DNA of 64,000 bases from positions 512,001 through 576,000 of the forward strand of contig CBDBMG010000002.1 in assembly GCA_965207375.1 (NCBI GenBank). Direction: 5' to 3'. How positions within the stretch are numbered: position 1 is the stretch's first letter; every line of letters starts with the position of its first letter. The notes under the pieces were generated by a model, which was not told where the DNA came from, searched no databases, and saw only the letters and a program-made list of their open reading frames with translations. Position numbers and translations under genes: made by a program. Shown here in pieces: positions 38,901 to 51,300 of this stretch. The stretch comes from Nitrosopumilaceae archaeon. GTDB taxonomy: Archaea > Thermoproteota > Nitrososphaeria > Nitrososphaerales > Nitrosopumilaceae.

Positions 38901-41900
38901 CTCACAATTACAATACCACTTTGGCTTTTTCCATTGCTATTTTACCTACAGGTACGTATACATACATTGCTATTCTGTAACAGCTACATGGTAATACATG
39001 TAATCACAGGTTGTTCCAATTGTTGCACAAGATTTTCCAGCACCATTTGGTGTAGCACAAGCCTATGTGAGTTATAACAGTTCAAATCACATGGTTAAAA
39101 TATCACATTATCCATGGTGTGCAGTTGCAGTACATTAGTAGTGCTGCAAGTCTTTACTTCCCATATGACTTCTGTCTGTACTCTGGAATGACTGCAGCGG
39201 TCTCCTACAGCTTCAGATATATTCCATTCCTAATATCTATTATTATATCTACAATATTATACACAGCAAACAGGTATATATAACAATGTACTGTGCAATG
39301 ATCTGTTGCTTACATGCATACGCATGTACTGCATTTAGAAAATGTGGATTTGGTAAAAACTTGCGGTTGTCATGGAATGGACTGTGGCTTCTGTTGTTAC
39401 TACTGTACACAGATGTTGTGAACACATCGGTATCCATTCTAAATTGTCCAATACTTAGTGACTCAAGTGGAAAGAAAACTTCAGTATGACATCATATCTG
39501 ACCGGATTTTGGAGAATGGTTTTAAATCACATATGTAGCTAATTTGGTGTATTTCTAAGCATATTTCAATGTGTGCACATGTATTTCTGTATTTATAGAA
39601 TATTTCTTTAATCCTTCTGATGGTTTCAGCTATAAACTCTGCATATTAAGACCTATGAGTGATTTGGAACTGTTTTCCAAACTCTGGTCACATTTACATA
39701 ATTATTTTGTTGGTTTGTACATGGGCGAGATCAAAGAAAAACTGCACTTTATTTTCCATACTACAGCAAGTGTGCTGTATGGAAAATACAGTACAGTGGT
39801 TGGCAAATACAGCACGATGGGAAGTCCAGAGGTGTCAAGAATCTAATTAAGGGAGGGATTACCACAGACCACGTAAACAACACATCAGTAAACAACAGTA
39901 ATGTAGTCCTCAATGTTGGTTGATAATTTAGTAGCCTTTTGGCTGCACTATTCTATTCAATGCACTTACTGAACCCTGAAGGAAGCCAGTAGACATGGCT
40001 TTGCCACCCGCACGATATGATTGGCGAAAGATTTTTGCGAATCGATTTTTAGTAAGATGTAATGGCCCAGGATCTTGAGGTGATAATTCTTACCATTCTT
40101 ACCTGATTTAACAACAAATAAGCTAACAAATAAGAGCAAATCGATGCCACTCGACCCCACACCTCATGCTGTATTTTCTCGTACAACATTCATACCGGTG
40201 CTTTAACTAGTATGTACTGAAGTGTGCTAGTGCTTTTTATATTAACTTATGCAGAAGTGGTATGTTGATGGTACAGTGGAGTGCTATGTCAAAGAACATT
40301 TGCCACTGGCAAGCTTTGCCATTTTAGTGTTACTATTTTGTGTGCTAGTAATTTTGTTTATGGCAGCTGTTGTAAAGCGAAAGATAAAGGTCTGTAGTGC
40401 ACAATAGCTAGTTTCTTTGTTAATATTATTCTTCCATGTGTTAACAGAGGCACTGGGCATTTTCATTGTCAAACATCTTAAGAGCCCCATTTACTGATAA
40501 CCTGTATTGGTGGGCACCAGTTGATCTCCTAAGAAGACTATTATTTGTATTTCTAATAGTGATACTACCTGGAAATCTTGTGAGTTGTGAATATGATTGC
40601 TTGTGAGTAATATACATAATATGTAGCCAGGCCAGCGAAGTCAACCACGTCAGAGCACAAATTGCACTTAATTAAATATTCATGAACATCTTCAGTATCT
40701 TCATTCTGTAAGCTTTATAAGATCCTCCATTAAACTCTGCATTTGTGGTAAAAATTGTAGCTTGAAGAGCAGTTTACGTATTTCAATTTTGCATTAATAT
40801 ATATGTATACATTGTTGATTTTTGCAGGCCTGGTCACATATGTACATGTCTGCAGCTGCATTAGCCCTATAGCTACAGTATACGTACTTATGTAGCTGAA
40901 TATGATTACATATGTATAATTCACTGCAGGCTCCAGTGCTTCTACTGACTATGGTATATGTGGCAGTATTTGCATACCTTAAACCTTACCGTTCATTTTA
41001 TATTAATGTACTGGAAGTGTTCACACTAGTCGACATTATGCTTCAGCTGATAATAGCATCAACTCAACAGCTTAAGGTACGCCTGCTAGTTATAGATAGG
41101 CATGTCTAAAGTAACATACAGCAGTAAAGTTTAGTGGGGGAATAGCTTAGTTTTTCTGTGTTTGAGGAGGAAAAAAATTCGGAAATGGATGGATAATAAT
41201 TATTGAGTCAGAAGGTACTTAAATATTTTGTTGTTTTGTTTCGTTGTTGTAGTTTTTGCTTGCTTTTGTGTTGTATCTTATGTATGTAATTAGTTAGTTG
41301 TGTTTTGTGTATGTATTTTGTGTAATATAAGTAGTTACTATTTTTGTTATATATTTGTATGTATGTGCAGGGCTCCACTGAAAATCAGTTTTACTGAGTG
41401 GACTCCCTGTAAAAATATTACAATTACAATTATAATTAAAAGTGAAGTTTGGATGGTTTTTGTTTGGTGAATCGTAGATGATTCACCAAATTTGCCACCA
41501 AATTTTTTAAAATTTTTATTTTTTATTTTTTTGCCACCAAACTTTCCTGTTAGCTAAATGGTAGCTATTTATTGTTACGTATATTGCCATTTATAGGATC
41601 CAATATTAAGAACTGAAGGCGATTTCAAGAATTTGACAGATGATTGTGGAAAATTCAAAGACCTCAGTGAACATGCTACAATTCTAGTGCCGTTTTACTA
41701 CCTGCCACTGTTAATACTCATCCTACTGATTGTGAAACTGATAAGTACTCAAGTTTATGCAAATTTAATAAATTGGTTAGTCAACATGCATACATGTGTA
41801 CTTGACTGAGTCTGTGAAACACATAGGCGTATCTAGGAGGAAGTGTTTGGAGGGGCAAAGGGGGGGCAAGCCACTACTGAATAAATACAGTGTGCAAAGG

Positions 41901-44900
41901 GCATGTACATCCCCCTGGACAACTATAGCAACAATTTACATAACTATAGCTATATGATTATTCATTGCAAATACTGCTAGCTATATGCAACTACGTATAA
42001 GACTATAGCTAAGAGTAACAAAGCTGTAATTTACGAGGTGCCTGTTCAGCAAATACATCAATAATTTTCTCTATGTCTGGCATGATGTCTCTCTCAATAT
42101 TAAGAAGAGCTAAAGCAGTGAGCCTTTCTTGACCCATTGTGCTACGCAAGTAGCTTTTAAGGCGTCTTAAGCAGGAAAATGACCGCTCAGCTGAGCATGA
42201 TGTAATTGGTATTGTCCAAAAAATTTTCATCAGTTTGCATAACTCTGGAAGCACACTCTGCACTCCTCTGTCTTCTGCCATAAGTTTTCTTCGTTTGCAT
42301 AGTATTTTGTATCCTTTGTCATCTTCTCCTTGGACTGTGACACCACTTTGTTCTTTTTCCTTTTGTTTCATTAAATTAGTGTAAACTCTCAGTTCTGCTT
42401 TAAGATTGTCTTTATCTAAGTCATAAAACTCTGAAACTTGTTCAAGGGCTGTTTGTGATACACTAGAAATATTGTCAGCTAACAGCACTGTTTCAATATT
42501 CTGAACAATCATCATATCATTTTCACTAAATCGTTCTTTAAGTTGACTTATTATTACATCTAAAAGTGGGTAAAAACTTGCCACTTGATAGTAATGCTCA
42601 ACATTTCTGTATACTGGCTGTATCTCACCTCCTCCTAATCTTGAAGGTACTCTTCTCTGCCTTGGCAAGTGCGGAGGTTCTAATTCTAACTTCCTTGAAA
42701 TTTCTATAGCTTCTTTCCAGTACTTCTGGAATTCTGTGTCTGATCTCATTTCTGTTAAACTTTCTTGCACTGCACTAATTTTGCTGCGTGCTGCACATAT
42801 AGACAAATCAATATATTGCAAGTATTTAGAAAGTATCTTTGTAGTGTTGAAAACCTCATCCAGTATTACAAGGTTGAAGACAAAATCAAATGTGCAGATG
42901 GAATTCAATAAAGACTGTGCTTGAGCTCCAGATGATGGATCTTCATCAGTTATCTTTTGCAAAGATGTTATTACATCCTCAAGTCTTTTCTTTATTACTT
43001 TCAATGCCTCTGCTCGGCATGCCCAACGTGTATCCGAGAGACTCTTCAGAGTGAGTGATTTACATCCTGATTGCTTCTGTATCTCTTGAAACACAGCATG
43101 TCTTTTTGCTGATGCCTCCATAAAATTGTGCAATTCAGATATGGTACCAAAGGTATTTCTAGCTGCTATAACTGCTTTAGCAGCATCTACCAGCACTAAA
43201 TTAAGGATATGACCATTGCAATGTACATAAATTGCCCTTGGATTATCTCTCTTAATCCTTGCAGCCACCCCTTTGTACATGCCTCTCATATTAGCAGCTC
43301 CATCATAGCATTGAGCAACAATGTCATCAATATTAAGATCAAGTGTCATTAAAACTGTCTGTACAAGGTGATATAGTGATTCACCATCTGTTTGAGTGGC
43401 ACGAAAAAAGCCAATAAACCTCTCATTCACAACAAATTGAGGATTCATATATCGTAAAACTACTGCAGCCTGCTCATGTCTAGAAATATCTAAGGATTCA
43501 TCCAAAATCAAGGCAAACATTCTGGCATCCTTAATTTGATTGATTGTACTGTCCCTGATGTTCTCTCCTATGACATTCAGCAAGTCATTTTGAATACCAG
43601 GACTGGTATATGTTACATTTTTTTCTTTGTTAGCAAAAAAACGGCTTATTAAAGGGTTATTTTTAGCTTGAAACATTAAAAGTTCCAAAAAATTTCCTTT
43701 GTTTAGTGATTCTTCATTCTCACGGTGACCCCTTAATGAAATACCTTGTCTACCAATGAAAACAAGTGTTTCGACGATGTTCTTAAGATATTGTCTGTTT
43801 TCATCAACCACTTTTTTTTGTTGCTGGTTTATTAGACTCACCACATTCCTTTCAGGGTTGTGTTGTATTTGCTTACCAACTTCCCAGGCAAGAATTGCAC
43901 TTTTGTGTGCAACAGAACACTGATGTGCACGGAACTTCTCCAAGGCACTTTTCCAGTTTTGAAAACCATTAGATACAAAGGCTTCCTGATGATGACCTTT
44001 TGTGCCAAACACACGGCAAGGGAAGCAAAATGCTTTATTAATACTTGGGCTGTATTCCAACCATTTGAACTGAGTATACCACTGAGCACAAAAATGACGA
44101 CTATGACAATCAACAGGATACTGACACCTTGGTTGAAATGGACCGTGTCCTTCATGAAATATAGTAGCTGCAGCATCAACACCATTTGCAGGATCTCGTG
44201 AAGTAATTAACTGGTTGTTGCTGGAAGCAGTACTAGTGGTCTACATTACACGTGTTTAAATTTTAGATATTAATTGTAGCTAGCTATAGCTTACTCTGTC
44301 ATTGGTGGCAAGCTCACTACCCAGCTCTTAAGGTTGGTCTTCAATAGCGATATCGCTATCACTATCGCTAATTTCAAGATCAAAACTTGAGCTTGCCTCA
44401 TCAGTTGCTAATTCATTGCTGCTAGTAGAATTTTCTGTTGAGTCAGCGTTGCTTCCTTCCCTGTCTTCAACTAATTTTCGTTTCGCTACAAAATACTTAT
44501 CTAAGCCACTTGAACGCTTTGACATAGCATGTGCATTATTTGGAATTAGCATTATAATCGATTGTGGTTTTCACTTTTAGTGCTTGTTGTCTACTATCTA
44601 AAAAGGTGAATATTATATATAATTATTGTATGAGGTATATACAATAATATTTGTATTGTGTGTATGAACAGTGTGGTGAGTCTCTGCTTCTACTAGCTAG
44701 CTACCTGTTTTCTTGTGGCTGGATCATTAAAAATTTTAGGAGGGGCAAGAAAAGACTTAGGAGGGGCTTTGCCCCTCTTTGCCCCCCCTCAAATACGCCT
44801 ATGGTGAAACAGGTCTTATTTCATCCAATAAACCATACCTTCCCTTGCAAATAAGCAAAATTCGCAACATTTATACATTTTATGCCAAGTTTCTGTAGTG

Positions 44901-45258
44901 CCAAATTAATATTGCTGCATACATAGCTGTAGCTTACCCACAGAGTGAGCTAGGAGTTATAAAATTGGATGTGCATATAAGACCTATTTTGCAGACCCGA
45001 TGCTGTTATCATTGCTATAAGCTATAGTTGCATGTGTAGCTTGCTAATGTACAAGCAAGTAACCACTTGTTTAATTGCAGGTATTATAAAAATAAAAATA
45101 TGGCTGTGGATTATAGTGTTAATACTCAGCTGATAACTGCTGCAGAGCCTATAATGTCATCGTACATGGAATTTGATGAAAATGATAAAAAATTTAAGAT
45201 TATCTCTGGAAACTCTGTTGGCTCAGGAAGCAGGGGAAGAGTATCCCATGATTTTTAA
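32906..45258 (+). CDS. Sponge-type cysteine-rich multipass membrane protein (PMP-like extracellular region plus multi-TM domain); ~18 exons, 5' part not found
   Basis: Approximate GT-AG exons: 33001-33124, 33185-33339, 33389-33502, 33550-33657, 33711-33872, 34470-34631, 35590-35759, 35809-35909, 38862-38951, 39010-39066, 39124-39273, 39338-39483, 40255-40389, 40448-40579, 40930-41075, 41597-41776, 45081-45258. Motifs FTGNRAIIGSAIY, PCPPGH, CPPGYC, CDRKG|FLCGKC, LLFYLQV, WYVDGTVECY, YWWAPVDLLRR, KPYRSFYINVLE. Confidence 0.8.
34113..34435. mobile_element. MITE with an internal ~110-bp tandem duplication
   Basis: AATTTCAATACATGAAAGCT...GAGCAAACCCAATAAA occurs twice (~34199-34410). A related single-unit copy lies in opposite orientation at ~47436-47612. 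Confidence 0.65.
37371..37657. mobile_element. hAT-type MITE
   Basis: TIR TAGGGTTGGGCAATA; TSD CTATCTAG/CTCTCTAG (1 mismatch). Confidence 0.85.
41225..41438 (+). mobile_element. 3' end of a non-LTR retrotransposon (CR1/L2-like) or SINE
   Basis: T/G-rich 3'UTR, stem-loop CAGGG..CCAC...GTGG..CCCTG, then a (TTACAA)n-type tail. Confidence 0.55.
41822..44803 (-). mobile_element. Full-length hAT DNA transposon in the last intron of the membrane-protein gene
   Basis: 11-bp TIR CATAGGCGTAT; perfect 8-bp TSD GTGAAACA (41814-41821, 44804-44811); GAGGGGC subterminal repeats; internal transposase. Confidence 0.96.
42009..44525 (-). CDS. hAT transposase (ZMYM1/P52rIPK-like: TTF-type Zn finger, DUF4371, hAT dimerisation); exons 44525-44295 and 44240-42009
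   Basis: WLEYS..AFCFPC, FALILDES (D), CYDGA (D), VHCNGH (CxxH), DTRW, SAERSFS (E), LRSTMGQERL. Exon 2 is fully open; the predicted exon 1 has an in-frame TAA at 44330-44328. Confidence 0.93.
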
Positions 45259-45500
45259 TACGTATACATCTAAAAAACTAATGTGTAGTTATGTGTAACA
45301 GTGTAGTCGATAAATAGTGTATTAAATTAAATAAATCATGTATGTGCAAACCACAGTAGTAGTTAAACTCTCTAATAGAATTCACACCAATTAGGCTTGT
45401 GGCAATTACGTATGCTTGGGCATAATGGGCCTTAAAAAGCATTGAGCATAATGCTCGCATAATAGGCAAAATTTCTAGCACACACCGCCATGCAGCATAC

Positions 45501-46331
<831 letters not shown>

Positions 46332-48360
46332 CAGCATACTCAAGTCATTAATGTATACCATCCACAAATAATGTGCTGTACTTTCGTATAACTGCTAGGC
46401 TGAATTCAACAACTTTTACAATTCTTCTAAGATGATAGATGAAGCGTCACTAAAATTTGTATTGTAGCTACATACCTCTTTTATACAAGAAATTTCATAC
46501 TTTAGAGGAACTAGGAAGATTGAAGGCATTTATAAACAACTAAGATTTGCAATTAGGAGAAGGAAATGTTGAATTTTCATTGAGCATAATTGGAGCATGA
46601 TGGGTAGAATTCTTGGAGCATTGCTTCAATGCATAATAGGCAATTTTGAAACCATAATAGGCGCAAGCCTAACACCAATGAACATGTTATAAAGTAGACA
46701 AACTCAAGATCCTGCATGATCAAATATAATTAATGTAGTAAGCATTAAAAGCAGTGAAGCATACAATTCCAGTATGATGGGAAAGATTTAAGTTGCATGT
46801 ACAATGATGAAATAGTACTACATCAAGGTATTATAATAGTTAATGTTAGCCAGGCCAAAAGCCTTTGAAATTGTCCATATCCTAGTAGGCATCCAGTTTC
46901 CACTTGTATATGTACGTATAAACACGTGTGCATTTAGTAGCTACTATTTGCTGATATAACAACATAAGCTACGTAGTATATAAATTAATTCATTTCACTG
47001 GTAACCAGGGGTAGCTGAACCCACACACATGTACAGCTGTGGGGGCACATTCTTACATACACTCTGTAGTGACATACTGCTAGCTATACAGCCCTGCATA
47101 TAGGAATGTGTATGGAGGCATGAGGGAATTAAAACTTTCGAGATTCATCAAAATTCTGTGAAAACCATGAAACTTTTATCGTTTACAGCATACATACGTA
47201 TATAGCTAGCTCCTATTTATTACTACCGTTTGCATCCTATAGCTATTTTGTATGAATTTTGAAAGTCATTTCAGTTACATGCTACATAACCATTTAGTTT
47301 TTGACAGTGTGTCAATTCCAAGCCACATTCATCCACTCATCTAATGATTCTTAATAAATTAGTACGACATATACGTACCTGATGAGGTGTAAACGCGCTA
47401 AAATGTTTAACACATTAATGCCATGCTTTACCACCTACCGTCAATGATAAAAACTTTCATGGTTTATTGGCTTCACTCAGGAAAACTTTCACAGTTTTGC
47501 TAAAATAAGAACAGAAATAGCTTTTGCGTATTGAAATTAGTAGGGAAAACTTTTGCAGTTTATCAAAAATCTGCAAAAGTTTTCTCCCTTGAAAGTTTCA
47601 TCGTTTATGATATTCAAGTACGTATTTTGACAATTTTGGAAGTCAGGCTGACAAGTGTGCATAATTGCCTTAACATTAGCCAACTTCCATTCTAGATATC
47701 TAGCGGAAATTCTTTATCACTACCCAAAGAACAACAACAGTATAATGCTAGAATTACAATTCTTTACATTACTGTATAGCGCAAAAATTTGACGGAAAAA
47801 ACTTTGACGAATGAATCATAAACAAAAGCTTGACAAGTAAAACTTTCATGAATTGATTGTGGGTTTCAAAGGAGAAACATTAAGAGATAAGGTTTGTAGA
47901 GAAAAATCTTGATGAATTGCTAGCCATTCATCAAATTCGTTGCTTATTAAACTATCATTTGATCTTATAATATTCACCTAATTGTTGTTTCGAATGCCTG
48001 TATCCCATTTTGATCATGTGACATCGATTTTATAAAATCTATGTAGAAATTCTAATAGCTACGTATGCTGATATAGCACCTCTGTATATAGCTAAGTCAT
48101 TAAGATTTTTCACTTCCTGCACTGATAACTATACAAACTGTGGAAGAATGCTTAAAACTTGGATAGTTACGTATTATGAATACATCTATAGTTACCACAT
48201 CATGCACATAATTATACTGTATACACACATTTGCCATCTGGCTGTAACAACAATAATATTTTTTTATCAAATAGTATAGCTAATGGTTTTTCAACAGGAA
48301 CTAGTTACCTAGTACTAGCTAAATCTGATGTCTTTACTTGCACAGTATATGTAAATAGTG

Positions 48361-51300
48361 TCATATAGCATCATCACATTGTGGTTGATTAATGACACCA
48401 TAATCACCTTCACCAGCTGATCTAGCATTACCAGCAATAAGAGGTAAATAAGGTAAAGGGGATGTACGTCTTTGATCATTAGTAGGATCAAAATAATTAG
48501 GATCATTGCATTGTGGCTGGTTAATTATACCATATTTGCCTTCACCAGTTAGTTTAGCGTGGTTTTGATTACCAGTAGTGTCAAAATTAGGATCATTATC
48601 ACATTGTGGCTGATTAATGACACCATATTTAACTTCACCTGCATTATTGGCAATGAGAGGTAAACAAAACTCTGCAGTGTGGCTTTGATCAATGGCAGTG
48701 TCAAAATTAGGATCATTACCACATTGCGGCTGATTGATGACACCATATTTACCTTCATTAACAGTGGTGTTAAAATTAGGATCATTATCACATTGTGGCT
48801 GATTAATGACACCATATTTACCTTCACCTGCATTATTGGTAATGAGAGGTAAACAAAACTCTGCACTGTGGCTTTGATCAACAGCAGTGTCAAAATTAGG
48901 ATCATTATCACACTGTGGCTGATTAATGACACCATATTCACTTTCACCAGTTTGCTTGGCAGTAGGAGGTAAATAAGGTGAATGTACAACTGTTTTTGTC
49001 TCATGGCTTTGATCAACAATGGTATGATACTGTAAATTATCTTCTACATACCCCGATGTAGCGGTTGTTATATTGTGATGTAGCTCGCCTGACTCATCAT
49101 GTACATAATCATAGTCATACTTCTGTGATAACTGATGAGCTCTTATATCAGAATCTGTTACAGTGGTATTGAAAGTTACTGCTCCATCTTCTATACTTAC
49201 TGTAACACCATATGATGGATTTATGTCCATTTCTACAGTTTCTTTCAATTCTGAATGCTGAATACACTCATTAAGTTGTATATTGTTATATTTATCTTCA
49301 GTTGTTTTGCTATAGGGCATAGTAGGAACAGATCGAGAGTTAGTTGCGGTATACAAATACTTTGTAGCCTCTTCTTTAGCAACACCATGACTTTTATTAG
49401 TAACATTTGTGTTTAGTTTGGTAGGTATTTCATCATACACATGAAATGCTTCCTTTTTAAGAGACCTTCTCGTATACAGTATCACAATACACAACACTAC
49501 AATGATCATTATTATCAGTACTATAACTCCTCCCACAGCTCCACCAATAATACCACTACTGCTTGAACTGCTACCATTGTTATCTAATAAGACATGAAAA
49601 TTGTTACATAGTAAAAGGCACCAAATTTAACTATACATATGTATCTCTGTGCAGTTAAGTATGTTATAAGTATGATGGATCCTTAAACTTCCCACGGCTT
49701 CTCAGAATAGTCTGGTTTAATTTTGAACTAGACTATCCATGAACAGAAATGGTAATCATCATCTCACATGCCGATCTCCTACTGTTTTGCTGTAGAATGG
49801 TTCCATGGTTCCTGATTAAACAGAAACATAAACGATCATGCTGATAACGCCTCTGTTTTGGCTAGATAATGGTTCCATGAATCAAATAGGGGTGTGTGAT
49901 AATAGAAAATCATATATCACCACAATTAATTTTATCATGGTAGTTCCATTTAAAATAAGGTTGGAAAATGTCATACCTTGATAAGTTGTGTTTATATAAT
50001 CTTGATAAGCAATACTACGTGTATGTATATCTTGCTAACATATCAACATGAACACAATGGATACCTTAATTTGAATAGTCAGGTTAAAAGTACCTCTCAA
50101 GTTAAATCTTGTAACAGGCAACTGGTTACAAGTACAAATTAACACCTTCTATATAAGTAGGTTGGAGAAATGATTAAGCGTTAACCTCCATGTTTGTACA
50201 TATAAGATAGGGCGTATGGATTCAGTGGAATGTAATGGTGGACTGGAACGGTGGACTGGAATGGTGAAATGGTAGTTTAATTGTTAATTTGTTATGACGG
50301 TCTGGTGATAATTCAGCAGTAGCTACCTACATGTCCTGCTGGGTCGATTACTGTTTTGTGTGTACTACTGTAGCTACAAATGAACACACATGACCTAACT
50401 ATATAGCACAAAACTATTCCTCAAATTGTTGCCTCAAATTAATACACAAATATTTTGAGGACTTAGCTTTTGAACATTCAGTACTATAATTTGCTCTTCC
50501 TATCTCCTTGTAATTATAAATTTTAACACTGTTGGTATGTGTAAAATACTCCCGGTAGTCATCACATGGGCTGTTTTTCTTAGCCACACAACTCACTATC
50601 ATGAGTCTTGATCTTATTTGTTTATAAATAGGCTATCATATAATAATCTTTTTAGTTCTTCTACATCATGAAATCTATTGTACAAAAAGTTATTCACAAA
50701 ACAATATTTTTGGTGCCTGACCTAGCTTCTGAGAAGGGCTGTTGTATGACAGTAGAATATGCATATAATGACTCCTTATAAAAGAATTGAGTATGAAAAT
50801 GATGCCCTGTGCTAGAAAATCTTGCCTATTACATATGTCAGTATTATGCTTAATGCTTTTTAAGTGGTAGCTACCTAGCTAATTTATGCCAAAAATTATA
50901 CCACCATAATCAGTGCAAACTTATACTCCAATCCATCACTCCATTCTACTGAATCCAGACATCCCAAAAGACATGACTTCCTGACCACCTCTAAGCCACA
51001 AAAATTAATTAAGAAAATAGCACAGCCACACGAAATCAATTAAGAAATAATATTCTAATGTAGTATCATAATGCACATGCATCATTATCATGATAGTACT
51101 TTCTATTGTAATAATTGATATTATCACACAGCTCTAGCTGCTCTACAAACATGATCAGGAAATAATGGCAATGCTGCAAAGGTGAAGATCAAGAGTGATA
51201 TGAAAGGAACAGAACCACAAACATTGCAACAGTGTACCTAAAGGCTAAAATGAGAGCAAAAGAGAAAAGAATTTGAATGAGAGAGAGATATGCAAAAGAG

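Noticed and set aside
48549-49019. 156-aa alternative-frame ORF
   Set aside because: Shadow frame of the receptor tail repeats.
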